Positions 29,783 through 38,930 of a stretch of DNA of 64,000 nt are shown here, in pieces. The first letter of the stretch is position 1, and each line of letters opens with the position of its first letter. This stretch comes from a virus, in IMG/VR virus record IMGVR_UViG_3300009130_000021, positions 6,796-70,795 of that record; one strand, given 5' to 3'. A model generated the notes under the pieces. That model ran no database searches. It was not told the DNA's origin and saw nothing but the letters and a program-made list of their open reading frames with translations. A program made the position numbers and the translations under genes.

Positions 29783-30931
29783 TTAACCTCCATATACGTT
29801 TTGATCAGTTGGATTAGGCCAATTAGGAACTTGATCTCCATTTGACGCATATCCTTGTGAATATCTATCGCCTAAGTCAGAAATAGGTGGCTCTATGAGC
29901 TGACTTGCTGCTCTAAGAGCTGGATTTACGAATCCTCCTACTTTAGAAAGTTCATTTTGAATCTTTTGTCCTGCGTTTTGTATACTTTCACCAATAACTG
30001 GCAATCCGCTAAGGAAATTTGCTGCATTTTGACCTTGAGTTGCAATATTACGTAATCCCCATGGGTTTCTAGTGTTAGTTTTATCAGGATCTTCAAATAT
30101 TTCAGTTCCGTCTCCAAATTTAGCCTCTTCTTCGAACCATCCTACTTTTATAGCAAATTTATTGTTATCTTCAGATCTTCCGTCTGATCCTACTTCAAAA
30201 GTACTAGGTCCAGGTAGAGATTCAGAGAAATCGAACTCACATTGTCTACATTTAAACTTAATATATCCATATTCGTCCATAACATTAGATAGAACATTAC
30301 CACCGCCTACAATATTACCTATCGAGCCAGTGTCGATTCCCAAAGATTGAGCAATTCCTTGAGTTTCACCCGGTAAACGGTATCTTAAGTTCCTCCATTC
30401 AGCAATATAGATATCTACTGAGAACCATCTTAAATTATCAGGAACTCTTTCTCTTCTATACTTAGCGTCGAATATTGCATTTCTATATAGGCCTGCTAAT
30501 TCTGATATTCTAAGATCTACTGCTTCCAATGTCTTTATTTCTAAAGTCATTTTATCGGAATTAGCTTTATATCCTTTAGACTGATCTGTGTTATATTTAT
30601 ATAAATCAGAAAGACCTGTTATAGATTGAAAATACCAAGGAGCGTTGAAAGTTAAATGTCTCAGAATTCCCTTAAATGTGGCAAGACCGTCTGCTTGAGC
30701 TGCGTATCCTCTATTAGTTAAGAATCCGGTTGCACTAGTCGCAGTTCCAGTATTAAACAGAGGACTATTAGATAAACTCAATTCGTCAATTTCTGCCTGA
30801 GCTGGAGTATCTTCAAATTTAAAATCTAATGCAAATGTTAAATAAGTAGGCTCATCAAAAGAATCTAAAAAGACTCCTTTTGTAAAGTTATTATGCTTAT
30901 TATTTAAGTTTATAAAATTATGCATTATCAA
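29783..30931 (-). CDS. Putative baseplate/tail tube-like protein
   Basis: Position within the baseplate operon; no decisive motif. Confidence 0.5.
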   Translation of the reverse strand: MIMHNFINLNNKHNNFTKGVFLDSFDEPTYLTFALDFKFEDTPAQAEIDELSLSNSPLFNTGTATSATGFLTNRGYAAQADGLATFKGILRHLTFNAPWYFQSITGLSDLYKYNTDQSKGYKANSDKMTLEIKTLEAVDLRISELAGLYRNAIFDAKYRRERVPDNLRWFSVDIYIAEWRNLRYRLPGETQGIAQSLGIDTGSIGNIVGGGNVLSNVMDEYGYIKFKCRQCEFDFSESLPGPSTFEVGSDGRSEDNNKFAIKVGWFEEEAKFGDGTEIFEDPDKTNTRNPWGLRNIATQGQNAANFLSGLPVIGESIQNAGQKIQNELSKVGGFVNPALRAASQLIEPPISDLGDRYSQGYASNGDQVPNWPNPTDQNVYGG

Positions 30932-32390
30932 TTATATTTTTTTCAGCTCTCCAGTTCATCTTACATAGCTCAAATTCAGTTGAATATTGAAAACCTTCTG
31001 CTTTTCCATCGTATATATACTTAGTTCCATTCACGTAATACCTTCCAGACAAAGTATCGTTTAATACTATAGTGCTATCGGTAACAGGAGTTTCTTCTAC
31101 TGCTCCATCAGTCTTATCTCTATTAGCCTGTTGTAATTTAGCCTCTCCTATATCGTCGTGCATTGCAACAAATAATCCACTCCCTTTGATAATTTGGAAG
31201 TTAATACCTGATGTTTCAACAGTCATCTTTACTTTATTTAATTCGGTATTATTATGATCGTTTATAGTCTTAGATGCGTTCCATTCAGAATGCGCGTTTC
31301 CATAATCTATATTTTGCCACTTCTTAATTAAATTATTTCTAAGAACCTCGTCGTCAGGTATTAGAGATAAGTCATTATTCTTATATCCTTTTATAAGGAT
31401 TGGGTTTACGTAAAATTTAGTAAACTTATCAGACTCTAATTTATGATCGTAATAATATATTTGGTGTCGATATCCTCTGTTTTGTAGAATACTTCCAACT
31501 TCTCCGCTTAAATTAAATTTCTTAATAAATTGAGGTCTTCCTTTATCAGATGGGTGATTAGTTAAATATATTGGAACTTCATCAGTTTCAAATTCAGTAT
31601 TACCTTCTGATTTTTCAGATCTTTCATTATTGACATTACGCTGCATTCCACTAGTTGTATTCTGATACGTATTATTAATTTCCGCGTTAATATTAAGTTG
31701 TTCTGTGACGTCTATTAGGTTTATATTATAGTACTTATCAATAAAAGAAGTAAAAAAAGTATCGTCATCTTTATATGCATGGTCGCTAACATGCTTCATA
31801 AAATCTAAAGAATTATTATTAGAATTTATCCATGTCATAATATCCGATGTGCTTATTTCGTTTTGTGCATATCCTAAATTAAGATCTGATGCTAATTGTA
31901 ATAATGCATCTTTTGAAGAAACATTAGAGTAGCTTTTAGAAACATTGTCATATAGCTTAGGAATGTATAATTCTCCGTATATAGAAAAAGAATAATTATC
32001 TGATCCTAATGGTTTCATTTCAACTATAAGAAAATCACATCTAATAGGCTTAAATTTAGAATTTTGAGGTTTTATATACACGCTTATTATAGGATCATTC
32101 TTAGGATAGTTTGCACTATTTAAAGTTCCAGTATTATCGTTGAATATAATCTTAATAGTAGGTATTTTTCCAGTTTCATCAAGTACCATATAATCAATAT
32201 CTGTAACGTATACTGAGTTTATCATAACTAAAGGCTTATCTGCTCCAGCTTTATCTATTGCAGAATTCCCGCCTTTACCTGTAACGAATAATAAGTTATC
32301 CTTTGATAATTCTCTATCGTCAGGTAATGACATTTCCTTTAAAGGAACTGCTGGTTTGCTTATAACTTTTATTAAATCCTTAGATGCCAT
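30918..32390 (-). CDS. Putative baseplate hub protein (gp27-like)
   Basis: Between gp53-like and gp5-like genes; C-terminal LSGRYYV....Y motif of hub proteins. Confidence 0.55.
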   Translation of the reverse strand: MASKDLIKVISKPAVPLKEMSLPDDRELSKDNLLFVTGKGGNSAIDKAGADKPLVMINSVYVTDIDYMVLDETGKIPTIKIIFNDNTGTLNSANYPKNDPIISVYIKPQNSKFKPIRCDFLIVEMKPLGSDNYSFSIYGELYIPKLYDNVSKSYSNVSSKDALLQLASDLNLGYAQNEISTSDIMTWINSNNNSLDFMKHVSDHAYKDDDTFFTSFIDKYYNINLIDVTEQLNINAEINNTYQNTTSGMQRNVNNERSEKSEGNTEFETDEVPIYLTNHPSDKGRPQFIKKFNLSGEVGSILQNRGYRHQIYYYDHKLESDKFTKFYVNPILIKGYKNNDLSLIPDDEVLRNNLIKKWQNIDYGNAHSEWNASKTINDHNNTELNKVKMTVETSGINFQIIKGSGLFVAMHDDIGEAKLQQANRDKTDGAVEETPVTDSTIVLNDTLSGRYYVNGTKYIYDGKAEGFQYSTEFELCKMNWRAEKNIIDNA

Positions 32391-32965
32391 TATATAAATA
32401 GTTTATCTTTAAGCAAAGCTGCTTGTAGTCTAGATCGTGATATTGGAACTGGGCAATTTTTCTTATTTACAGTAGTAACATCTTCACCGAATACTAGTCT
32501 ACCGTCTTTAACTTTTACATTAGAATCTCCTACGGAGTTAATGTTAGGTGGCAATTGTTTCTTATTTAAATTATTTAGTCTGTTCTTATCTTTCTGAGAT
32601 TTAGGATCTATTATTGGATCAACATCTTGCTCTGATCTCTCTCCTCTTTCTGGAATGTCTCTAGGGGATATGAAAAGACTAGAAAAAGAAGAATTAGGTA
32701 TTCCATATAAGATGTCATCTACATCAATAGAAAAAGGGTTAGATATTCCATTATATTTTAATAATCCGTCCCATAAGCTTTGATCTCCCAAAACTCTTTT
32801 TGCCACTAAATCAGGTCGCATCTTCTCCTCTTCTTCTACTCGAAGTATTCCTACTCCAATAGATTCTAAAGGATATCTAAATGTGTTATAAATAAGATCA
32901 GTAAATGATCTATTTTCACCATCTTGTATCGTCTTCTTATTTCCTAATATCTTACTAAATAACAT
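32390..32965 (-). CDS. Baseplate wedge protein (gp53-like, LysM-like)
   Basis: RPDLVA..VLGD...W..LLKYNGISNPF. Confidence 0.75.
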   Translation of the reverse strand: MLFSKILGNKKTIQDGENRSFTDLIYNTFRYPLESIGVGILRVEEEEKMRPDLVAKRVLGDQSLWDGLLKYNGISNPFSIDVDDILYGIPNSSFSSLFISPRDIPERGERSEQDVDPIIDPKSQKDKNRLNNLNKKQLPPNINSVGDSNVKVKDGRLVFGEDVTTVNKKNCPVPISRSRLQAALLKDKLFI

Positions 32966-32970
32966 ATAAT

Positions 32971-34905
32971 TTAATCTTTTGTAACAAATGTCTTAAAGTA
33001 GGCTGGGATATTATCATTTCCAAATCCACTTCCATAGAATGCTGATACTCTAGCTTTAGCATCTTTCATTGCTTGTTCATTACCTCCTCCAGTGTTCGCA
33101 TTGCTAACTCCTGCTGTTTCATTTACATCAGCCTTATCGTTTGCTTTAGCCGCTACTTTACTGTTTACTCCAAACTGTTTAGTTTTAAGGTCAGTCTGTT
33201 CACCATATGATTGGTTAGCTGCACTCGGCGGAGCTACTTTAGAAGTTGACATGAATCCGTTTCCTAAGTTAAACATAGATTCTATATCTTGTTTTGCTCT
33301 AGGCCTTCCGTGTTTAAGAGTAACTTTAAAACTAAATTCAGTAGGAAAGTCGTCAAGTCCTAGTGTTTCTCCAACTGTCATTTTAACATCGCTTACTACA
33401 AGGTTTCCTATCATAGCAATTGGATTCATTGGGTTACCTACTGTTAAATGCCATTCTCCAATTGCTCTACCGTCTAATATCGCTCTATAGCTCAAAGGAG
33501 ATTGCATTAATGCTCCTAATTTTCCAGCTATCATTTTGTTTGCAATTCCTGCTAAATCTTCAGTTACTGAGTAATTTCTTGCGTCGCTTAGTCCCTTTGC
33601 TTTATCTGCTGCTTGTCTTCTTTTTTCACCTTCCGGATCTTTAATAGCCTTTGCCATTTCGTTTATAGTGCTCTGAAGTCCACCTAATCCTGCTTTAACC
33701 TGCGCGCTTAATGCTTCCATTCCTTTAGCCATTGCTTCAGGAACATCTCCCTTTAGTATTGCTTCTTCCATTCCTAGTGGGTCTAGTGTAATCCCAGTTT
33801 GAGCAAAATATCTAATAGATCCTCCCCAGAACGGAGCAGTGTTATATGTCAAAGATAAAAAGTTAGTCAATAAATCTAAAAACGCAATCTTAGGATTTAT
33901 ATTACCGTATGATCTTAAAGAGTAGTCAAAATTAAGAGTTATATCTCTCATATAATTAAACCCGCGATCTCTTATCCTAGTCTTATTTACTACATTAACT
34001 GGACCTAGAATTCTATTCCAATATGGACCTTTTGGACCGTATGCTCCTTTAACATATTCCTGCATTTTAGAATCAAATCCAGTAAGCTTTGCAAAGCTAA
34101 TGCTGTCGTTTCCAGCAAACAGCTGAGCTTTTACTTGCTTATATAAAGGAGAATCTTTATTTTCTACACCTAAGACTTCTAATAGAGCGTCTACACTTAT
34201 TTCATTACCTGCAACGTCTTGTACTTCAGTGTCTAAATCTTTCCATAAGTATCCCCAGTCTACATTAATGATATTATTTAAATCATTGTCTATATCACTA
34301 CCATACCAGCTAACTGCTTGCGCTAAAGGAACAAAAGGTCCTCTTTCTTTTGGTAGGCTATCAATATTATCTTCTACTGGAATAGGATATCTCCTAAGAG
34401 TTAACATTCGGTTATTAGGAACCTTTCCGTAATACTTACACCATAAAAAATCAGAAGTTGCATATGGCATTGGAGTCATAGGATTACTTTTTTCAGATCC
34501 TACGTTTCTTCTAGACCATTCTATGATTCTTTGAGCAGTTGGATTTTCAACGTATTGTCTTTCACTACTAAAGCTTTTGAAATTACCTTTTGTATCATTT
34601 ACAAAATCAGATTCTCCCGATTTAGCAGGAGTGAAATACTTAAGCATATTTCCAGGAGCCTCTGCTATATTTGAATCAAAGTGATAGTCTTTATTATATT
34701 CTCCAACATTAAGTCCAAATTTACTGTATCTAAATACATTAAATGCGTTAAATAACGACAGGACACCTGGTGCCTTAATTCCCCCATCAACTCCTCCGTC
34801 AGCATCTTTCTTATATCCATCTGAAAGTAGATTAAAAGAATCGTTTGTACTTATCTGCGATGTTACTTGTGCTAACTTATTATTATCTCTATTGAAAATT
34901 GACAT
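32971..34905 (-). CDS. Putative baseplate/tail structural protein
   Basis: First gene of the baseplate operon, after ATAAATA at 34922-34928. Confidence 0.5.
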   Translation of the reverse strand: MSIFNRDNNKLAQVTSQISTNDSFNLLSDGYKKDADGGVDGGIKAPGVLSLFNAFNVFRYSKFGLNVGEYNKDYHFDSNIAEAPGNMLKYFTPAKSGESDFVNDTKGNFKSFSSERQYVENPTAQRIIEWSRRNVGSEKSNPMTPMPYATSDFLWCKYYGKVPNNRMLTLRRYPIPVEDNIDSLPKERGPFVPLAQAVSWYGSDIDNDLNNIINVDWGYLWKDLDTEVQDVAGNEISVDALLEVLGVENKDSPLYKQVKAQLFAGNDSISFAKLTGFDSKMQEYVKGAYGPKGPYWNRILGPVNVVNKTRIRDRGFNYMRDITLNFDYSLRSYGNINPKIAFLDLLTNFLSLTYNTAPFWGGSIRYFAQTGITLDPLGMEEAILKGDVPEAMAKGMEALSAQVKAGLGGLQSTINEMAKAIKDPEGEKRRQAADKAKGLSDARNYSVTEDLAGIANKMIAGKLGALMQSPLSYRAILDGRAIGEWHLTVGNPMNPIAMIGNLVVSDVKMTVGETLGLDDFPTEFSFKVTLKHGRPRAKQDIESMFNLGNGFMSTSKVAPPSAANQSYGEQTDLKTKQFGVNSKVAAKANDKADVNETAGVSNANTGGGNEQAMKDAKARVSAFYGSGFGNDNIPAYFKTFVTKD

Positions 34906-34952
34906 TCAACTTCTTTTTTATTATTTATTAGAAATTGTAATGATATAAGTTT

Positions 34953-36281
34953 TTATTTTCTACCTGCTGATATAAAATCTTTAAATGATAATATCTTACT
35001 TTTAGACTTCTTTTTAGATTTCTTCTTTGATTTTCCTTTGTTCTTAGATAAAGGTCCAGCTAGAGACATTGTATCCATAGATCCAGCCATAGTCTCCGGG
35101 GATTGAAAGAATGTTCCAGGTGAACTTGATCCTGAATCCATAGGTGCAATCATATCTTCTTCTAAAGTGTCGTCAAATAAACCTAAAGTGTCTAGAATAT
35201 CTAAGTCCTCTTCATCAGTTCCTAATTTGCTAAGCATTAACCTGTCTACTTCACTTTTATCAACTTCCCAACCATCTAAGAAATATTTACTTTTTCCATT
35301 TGATAGTACTAAAGCAGGCCCGTCTTCCCTGTGTCGTTTTCCGTTTACATGATATTCTAAGTCTCCATTGCTTCTTATTACGGAAGGTCCGTCTTCTCTA
35401 TGGTATTCACCATCTACGAGCCATTCCTTTCTTCCATCTTTTTGAATAACAGCAGGTCCTCCTTCTCTGTGCAGATTTCCGTTCTTAAACCATTTTTCAA
35501 CTCCAGATTCATGATTGATTTTAGCAGGTCCGTCTTCTCTATGTACCATATTACGCCTATACCATGTTTCAAATGCTACTTCATCAGTGTCTCCTACATA
35601 TCGTATTGAAGCAGGTCCATCTTCTCTGTGGCGTAACATCGTTCCCCATTCTGAAGGAATTCTCCATTCTTCTATGCGATCCTTTCCAAAATATCTAGTG
35701 CTTTTTACCGGTGTTTTATTTTCGTTTATTTCCATAAACATTTCAAATAATCCTAAAGTGTCTAATATTTCTATATCTGACTTATCGTATCCTGATTTCA
35801 TTAAGAAATCTACTTCTTCTATCTGCTTTCCGTTGATATAATATTCTAAGTCACCATTGTTTCTTATTACAGCAGGTCCTGATTCATTATGTAAAGTGTT
35901 ATTCTTTAACCAAAATACATCACCATTACTAGACTCAACTTTTCCATCTCCAGTATGACCTTCAAAATGAGCAATGATCAGAGGATCTTTTAAAATCCAT
36001 CTACCATTATCATTTTTACCTGCATATTTAATAAGAATCCCTTCTTCTGAATTAAAGTGACCTTTTCTTAATATAAGATTAGTTGCCCAATACCCTCTCT
36101 TAGAAGAATCGTATTTTTCATTCTTGATATCTTCAACAATAAATCTTACAATCTCACTATATCTTCTACCCTCTTTTCCAGATTCCCATATAAATTTAAG
36201 GACGCTGTAAGTTGTAGAATTATCGTCTATTCTAAGTTTAGTATTTTTAGTGGTTGATACGTATTGGTATTTAGAACTCAT
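34953..36281 (-). CDS. HREDGPA-repeat protein with two repeat modules
   Basis: HNESGPA, HREDGPA, HREGGPA repeats; two DTLGLF motifs; C-terminal KILSFKDF. Confidence 0.7.
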   Translation of the reverse strand: MSSKYQYVSTTKNTKLRIDDNSTTYSVLKFIWESGKEGRRYSEIVRFIVEDIKNEKYDSSKRGYWATNLILRKGHFNSEEGILIKYAGKNDNGRWILKDPLIIAHFEGHTGDGKVESSNGDVFWLKNNTLHNESGPAVIRNNGDLEYYINGKQIEEVDFLMKSGYDKSDIEILDTLGLFEMFMEINENKTPVKSTRYFGKDRIEEWRIPSEWGTMLRHREDGPASIRYVGDTDEVAFETWYRRNMVHREDGPAKINHESGVEKWFKNGNLHREGGPAVIQKDGRKEWLVDGEYHREDGPSVIRSNGDLEYHVNGKRHREDGPALVLSNGKSKYFLDGWEVDKSEVDRLMLSKLGTDEEDLDILDTLGLFDDTLEEDMIAPMDSGSSSPGTFFQSPETMAGSMDTMSLAGPLSKNKGKSKKKSKKKSKSKILSFKDFISAGRK

Positions 36282-36490
36282 TATTTACCTAATTTCTTGT
36301 ATTGTTCAAAGTTTAATATAGTCTTAGCTTGATTAACGTTTTCAGTTTTACTAGACTTCATGAAATTGTATACTGAATCACTAGCGTTTCCGCTTTCTTC
36401 TGGATGCTGTAAGATAGCATTTTTAAGCTTCTCTTTACCTTTTGCCCAGTTTTCTACGTTTTTCCAGCTTGAATCTTTTTTAGACATCAA
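36281..36490 (-). CDS. Small late protein
   Basis: ATAAATA at 36506-36512 upstream; C-terminal ILNFEQY. Confidence 0.5.
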   Translation of the reverse strand: MMSKKDSSWKNVENWAKGKEKLKNAILQHPEESGNASDSVYNFMKSSKTENVNQAKTILNFEQYKKLGK

Positions 36491-36554
36491 AAATAGATTT
36501 TTTATTATTTATCGATTTATTGGTAATATAATCATATAACTTAAATATAAGATT

Positions 36555-36929
36555 ATGAATGTATCGGAAATGATCCAAGCTCTAGATCAAAAAGAAGAGC
36601 AATTAAAAGCTGAACTTGAAAAAGTTAAAAATGCTAAAGATGCTATTGTTTCTCTTAACTTAGATTCTCAAGAAGGTTCAGTTAAGAAAGTATCTGTTAC
36701 TAGAAATAGAGATAGATCAGGAATCAATATTAATTTACCTGCAGCAACTGAAAGAGTTTTACCATTTATTAAAACTAAAAATGGAATTACTTTAAAGTCT
36801 TTACTTAAGAAATGTACTCAAGTTAACGGTCAAAAATATGCCGTTAATTCAATGAGAGCTTATTTAAGCGCTTTAAGTGCAGCTGGTAAGATTGAAAAGA
36901 AAAAAGACAGATATTTTAAAACTGTATAA
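36555..36929 (+). CDS. Coiled-coil plus putative winged-helix DNA-binding protein
   Basis: N-terminal heptads; basic C-terminus with YLSAL...GKIEK...Y pattern. Confidence 0.5.
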   Translation: MNVSEMIQALDQKEEQLKAELEKVKNAKDAIVSLNLDSQEGSVKKVSVTRNRDRSGININLPAATERVLPFIKTKNGITLKSLLKKCTQVNGQKYAVNSMRAYLSALSAAGKIEKKKDRYFKTV

Positions 36930-36931
36930 TT

Positions 36932-37222
36932 ATGAGCAGCTCAGCAAGTGTAGATTTTGATTTTGTAGAAGGATTTGTTAATGAGGACCGAACTGTTAAT
37001 GTTCAATTAAGAATTAAAGACGGAGAAGATTTAAAAGAAGCAATCTCAGAAATCTTTAAAAATTCTAAAGACGATAAGAGTATATCTATTAACAAATCAG
37101 TCATAAACAAAATATGGTTTAAAGGACACGATTCAGTAACTGAATTAAAGCAAAGGAGAGACGATATCATTAACGATATCACAGAGTCCTTTGATAGAGC
37201 TATTGAAAACATTACTAGATAA
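36932..37222 (+). CDS. Hypothetical protein
   Basis: Track ORF preceding a terminator. Confidence 0.55.
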   Translation: MSSSASVDFDFVEGFVNEDRTVNVQLRIKDGEDLKEAISEIFKNSKDDKSISINKSVINKIWFKGHDSVTELKQRRDDIINDITESFDRAIENITR

Positions 37223-37242
37223 TTTCGATAAAATAAGAAAAT

Positions 37243-37272
37243 AAAAAGGCTACCTTTTGGTAGCCTTTTTTT
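37243..37272. terminator. Bidirectional intrinsic terminator
   Basis: AAAAAGGCTACC-TTTT-GGTAGCCTTTTTT between convergent genes. Confidence 0.88.
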
Positions 37273-38872
37273 ATAATTCAAATGTTGTAAATTCTCCGTT
37301 GATAAAGTTTATATGTTGAGCTTTACCATTTGGATATATGAATACATGAGATTGTAGCCATCCACTTGGACCTACGTTATATCCAACTCTAAGTTTAGTA
37401 GATGTTCCTACTGAAAGAGCTCCATCTAATCTACCTGGAGAATGATAATGTCCAACTATAATCTTAGTATTAAGTTTTCTGAATTGTTGTAGAGACCCTC
37501 TGCTTCCATTAGAACCAACATCTCCATGTTGAGCTAATTCCCATCCATTAACCATATAACTATCACTACGACCTAATGTAATGAATTGAGGAAACTCTCT
37601 ATTAATAAGTTCTGGAATAACTCCTTTGATTGGACCTTCTTCAGAATATTGTTTCAATAATATTTGACTATATTCCATGTACTCCATAGAATTCTTAGCA
37701 GTAGGCTGTTTCTTCCAGTCTCCATTTTTGAGCCATCTATCAATGAAGTCGTCATGGTTACTTCGTACAATAACAACATTGTCAAAATCTTCAAATTTCT
37801 TTAACTCATCAAGCATGTAATTAATTTCATACTTAAGAGAATTAGTCCCCATTACTTCTTTTCTATACTGTTCGAATGGATCCTTCATAGTATGGTGACT
37901 AATAGAATATCCATCAAACACATCATGTAATACTACGTGGTCAGGTTTAAGTATCTTAAGGGCATCTATAGTTTTATCAACTACTTCCTTATCTTCGTGG
38001 CCATAGTGCATATCTCCAAATATACATGCATCTATCTTGTCATTTCTAGATACTTTACTAGATCCATTAGACCCATCACTTTCTCCATCGTATTCAACTG
38101 AGTAGATTAAATCTATGAAGTTACCGTTGTCATCAGCAGTTACTTGCCTAGCAAAGAAATCATCTTGATCTTTAATCTCAACGATAACGAATCCTAAGCT
38201 GTGGTGGAATTCTCCTTTCTTACCTGATTTAGAATCAGTATAATTAGATACAGTACATGCTCCAGTAGTCATCATCATCTTAGGAACCTGTCCTTCAAGA
38301 ACTGGAATCATTTGCAATTGAACCTTAGGTGATCCAAAAATACATGAATTAATTCCACTAATACCTTGCATTCCTGTCATTGGATTTACTGCAGTTGGCT
38401 GTATCTTAATATCTGACATAATACTTACATATTTGTGAATATCATGTCTAGCTGCATCTAAGTATGGAATAACTCTTTCATTCCAATGATCTTTACTTTC
38501 TGCGCTAAATATAGAAGTAGGGTTTTTATATCTACCTGCTATAATATGAATATCAGCTCCTATCTCTTCTGCATATGCTTCCATGTTAGACATGAATGCT
38601 CTATGTACTGGAGTGTTATTCTGAGCCCAGCTTATTATAAACCTTTTCTTTTTCTTGTCAAATTTCTTTGCTTTGGCTTCTAATAATTCTGGTGGATCTA
38701 CTTCGCTCTTCTCAGTTAAACCTAATTGCTTAACCCATTTCTCCATAGTCTTTGGAGATTTTCCTGAGTATTTTGCTAAAATGTCTAATCGATTGTGATA
38801 TTTAAGAGTTTTGTCTAAGTAGATTTCGGAAAAATATTGCTTATCTTTATCAGTTAAGTCTTTAAATCTCAT
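37271..38872 (-). CDS. HTH-like N-terminus plus calcineurin-like metallophosphoesterase (possibly T5 A1-like)
   Basis: GDMHYG, HDVFDG, SNHD, QHGD, GHYH; AQNNTPVH motif. The A1 link is from recollection only. Confidence 0.7.
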   Translation of the reverse strand: MRFKDLTDKDKQYFSEIYLDKTLKYHNRLDILAKYSGKSPKTMEKWVKQLGLTEKSEVDPPELLEAKAKKFDKKKKRFIISWAQNNTPVHRAFMSNMEAYAEEIGADIHIIAGRYKNPTSIFSAESKDHWNERVIPYLDAARHDIHKYVSIMSDIKIQPTAVNPMTGMQGISGINSCIFGSPKVQLQMIPVLEGQVPKMMMTTGACTVSNYTDSKSGKKGEFHHSLGFVIVEIKDQDDFFARQVTADDNGNFIDLIYSVEYDGESDGSNGSSKVSRNDKIDACIFGDMHYGHEDKEVVDKTIDALKILKPDHVVLHDVFDGYSISHHTMKDPFEQYRKEVMGTNSLKYEINYMLDELKKFEDFDNVVIVRSNHDDFIDRWLKNGDWKKQPTAKNSMEYMEYSQILLKQYSEEGPIKGVIPELINREFPQFITLGRSDSYMVNGWELAQHGDVGSNGSRGSLQQFRKLNTKIIVGHYHSPGRLDGALSVGTSTKLRVGYNVGPSGWLQSHVFIYPNGKAQHINFINGEFTTFEL

Positions 38873-38930
38873 ATCAACTTGGTGATTTTGATATCTTATA
38901 TAAGATAACTAAGCTAGGTTTTAATATTAC

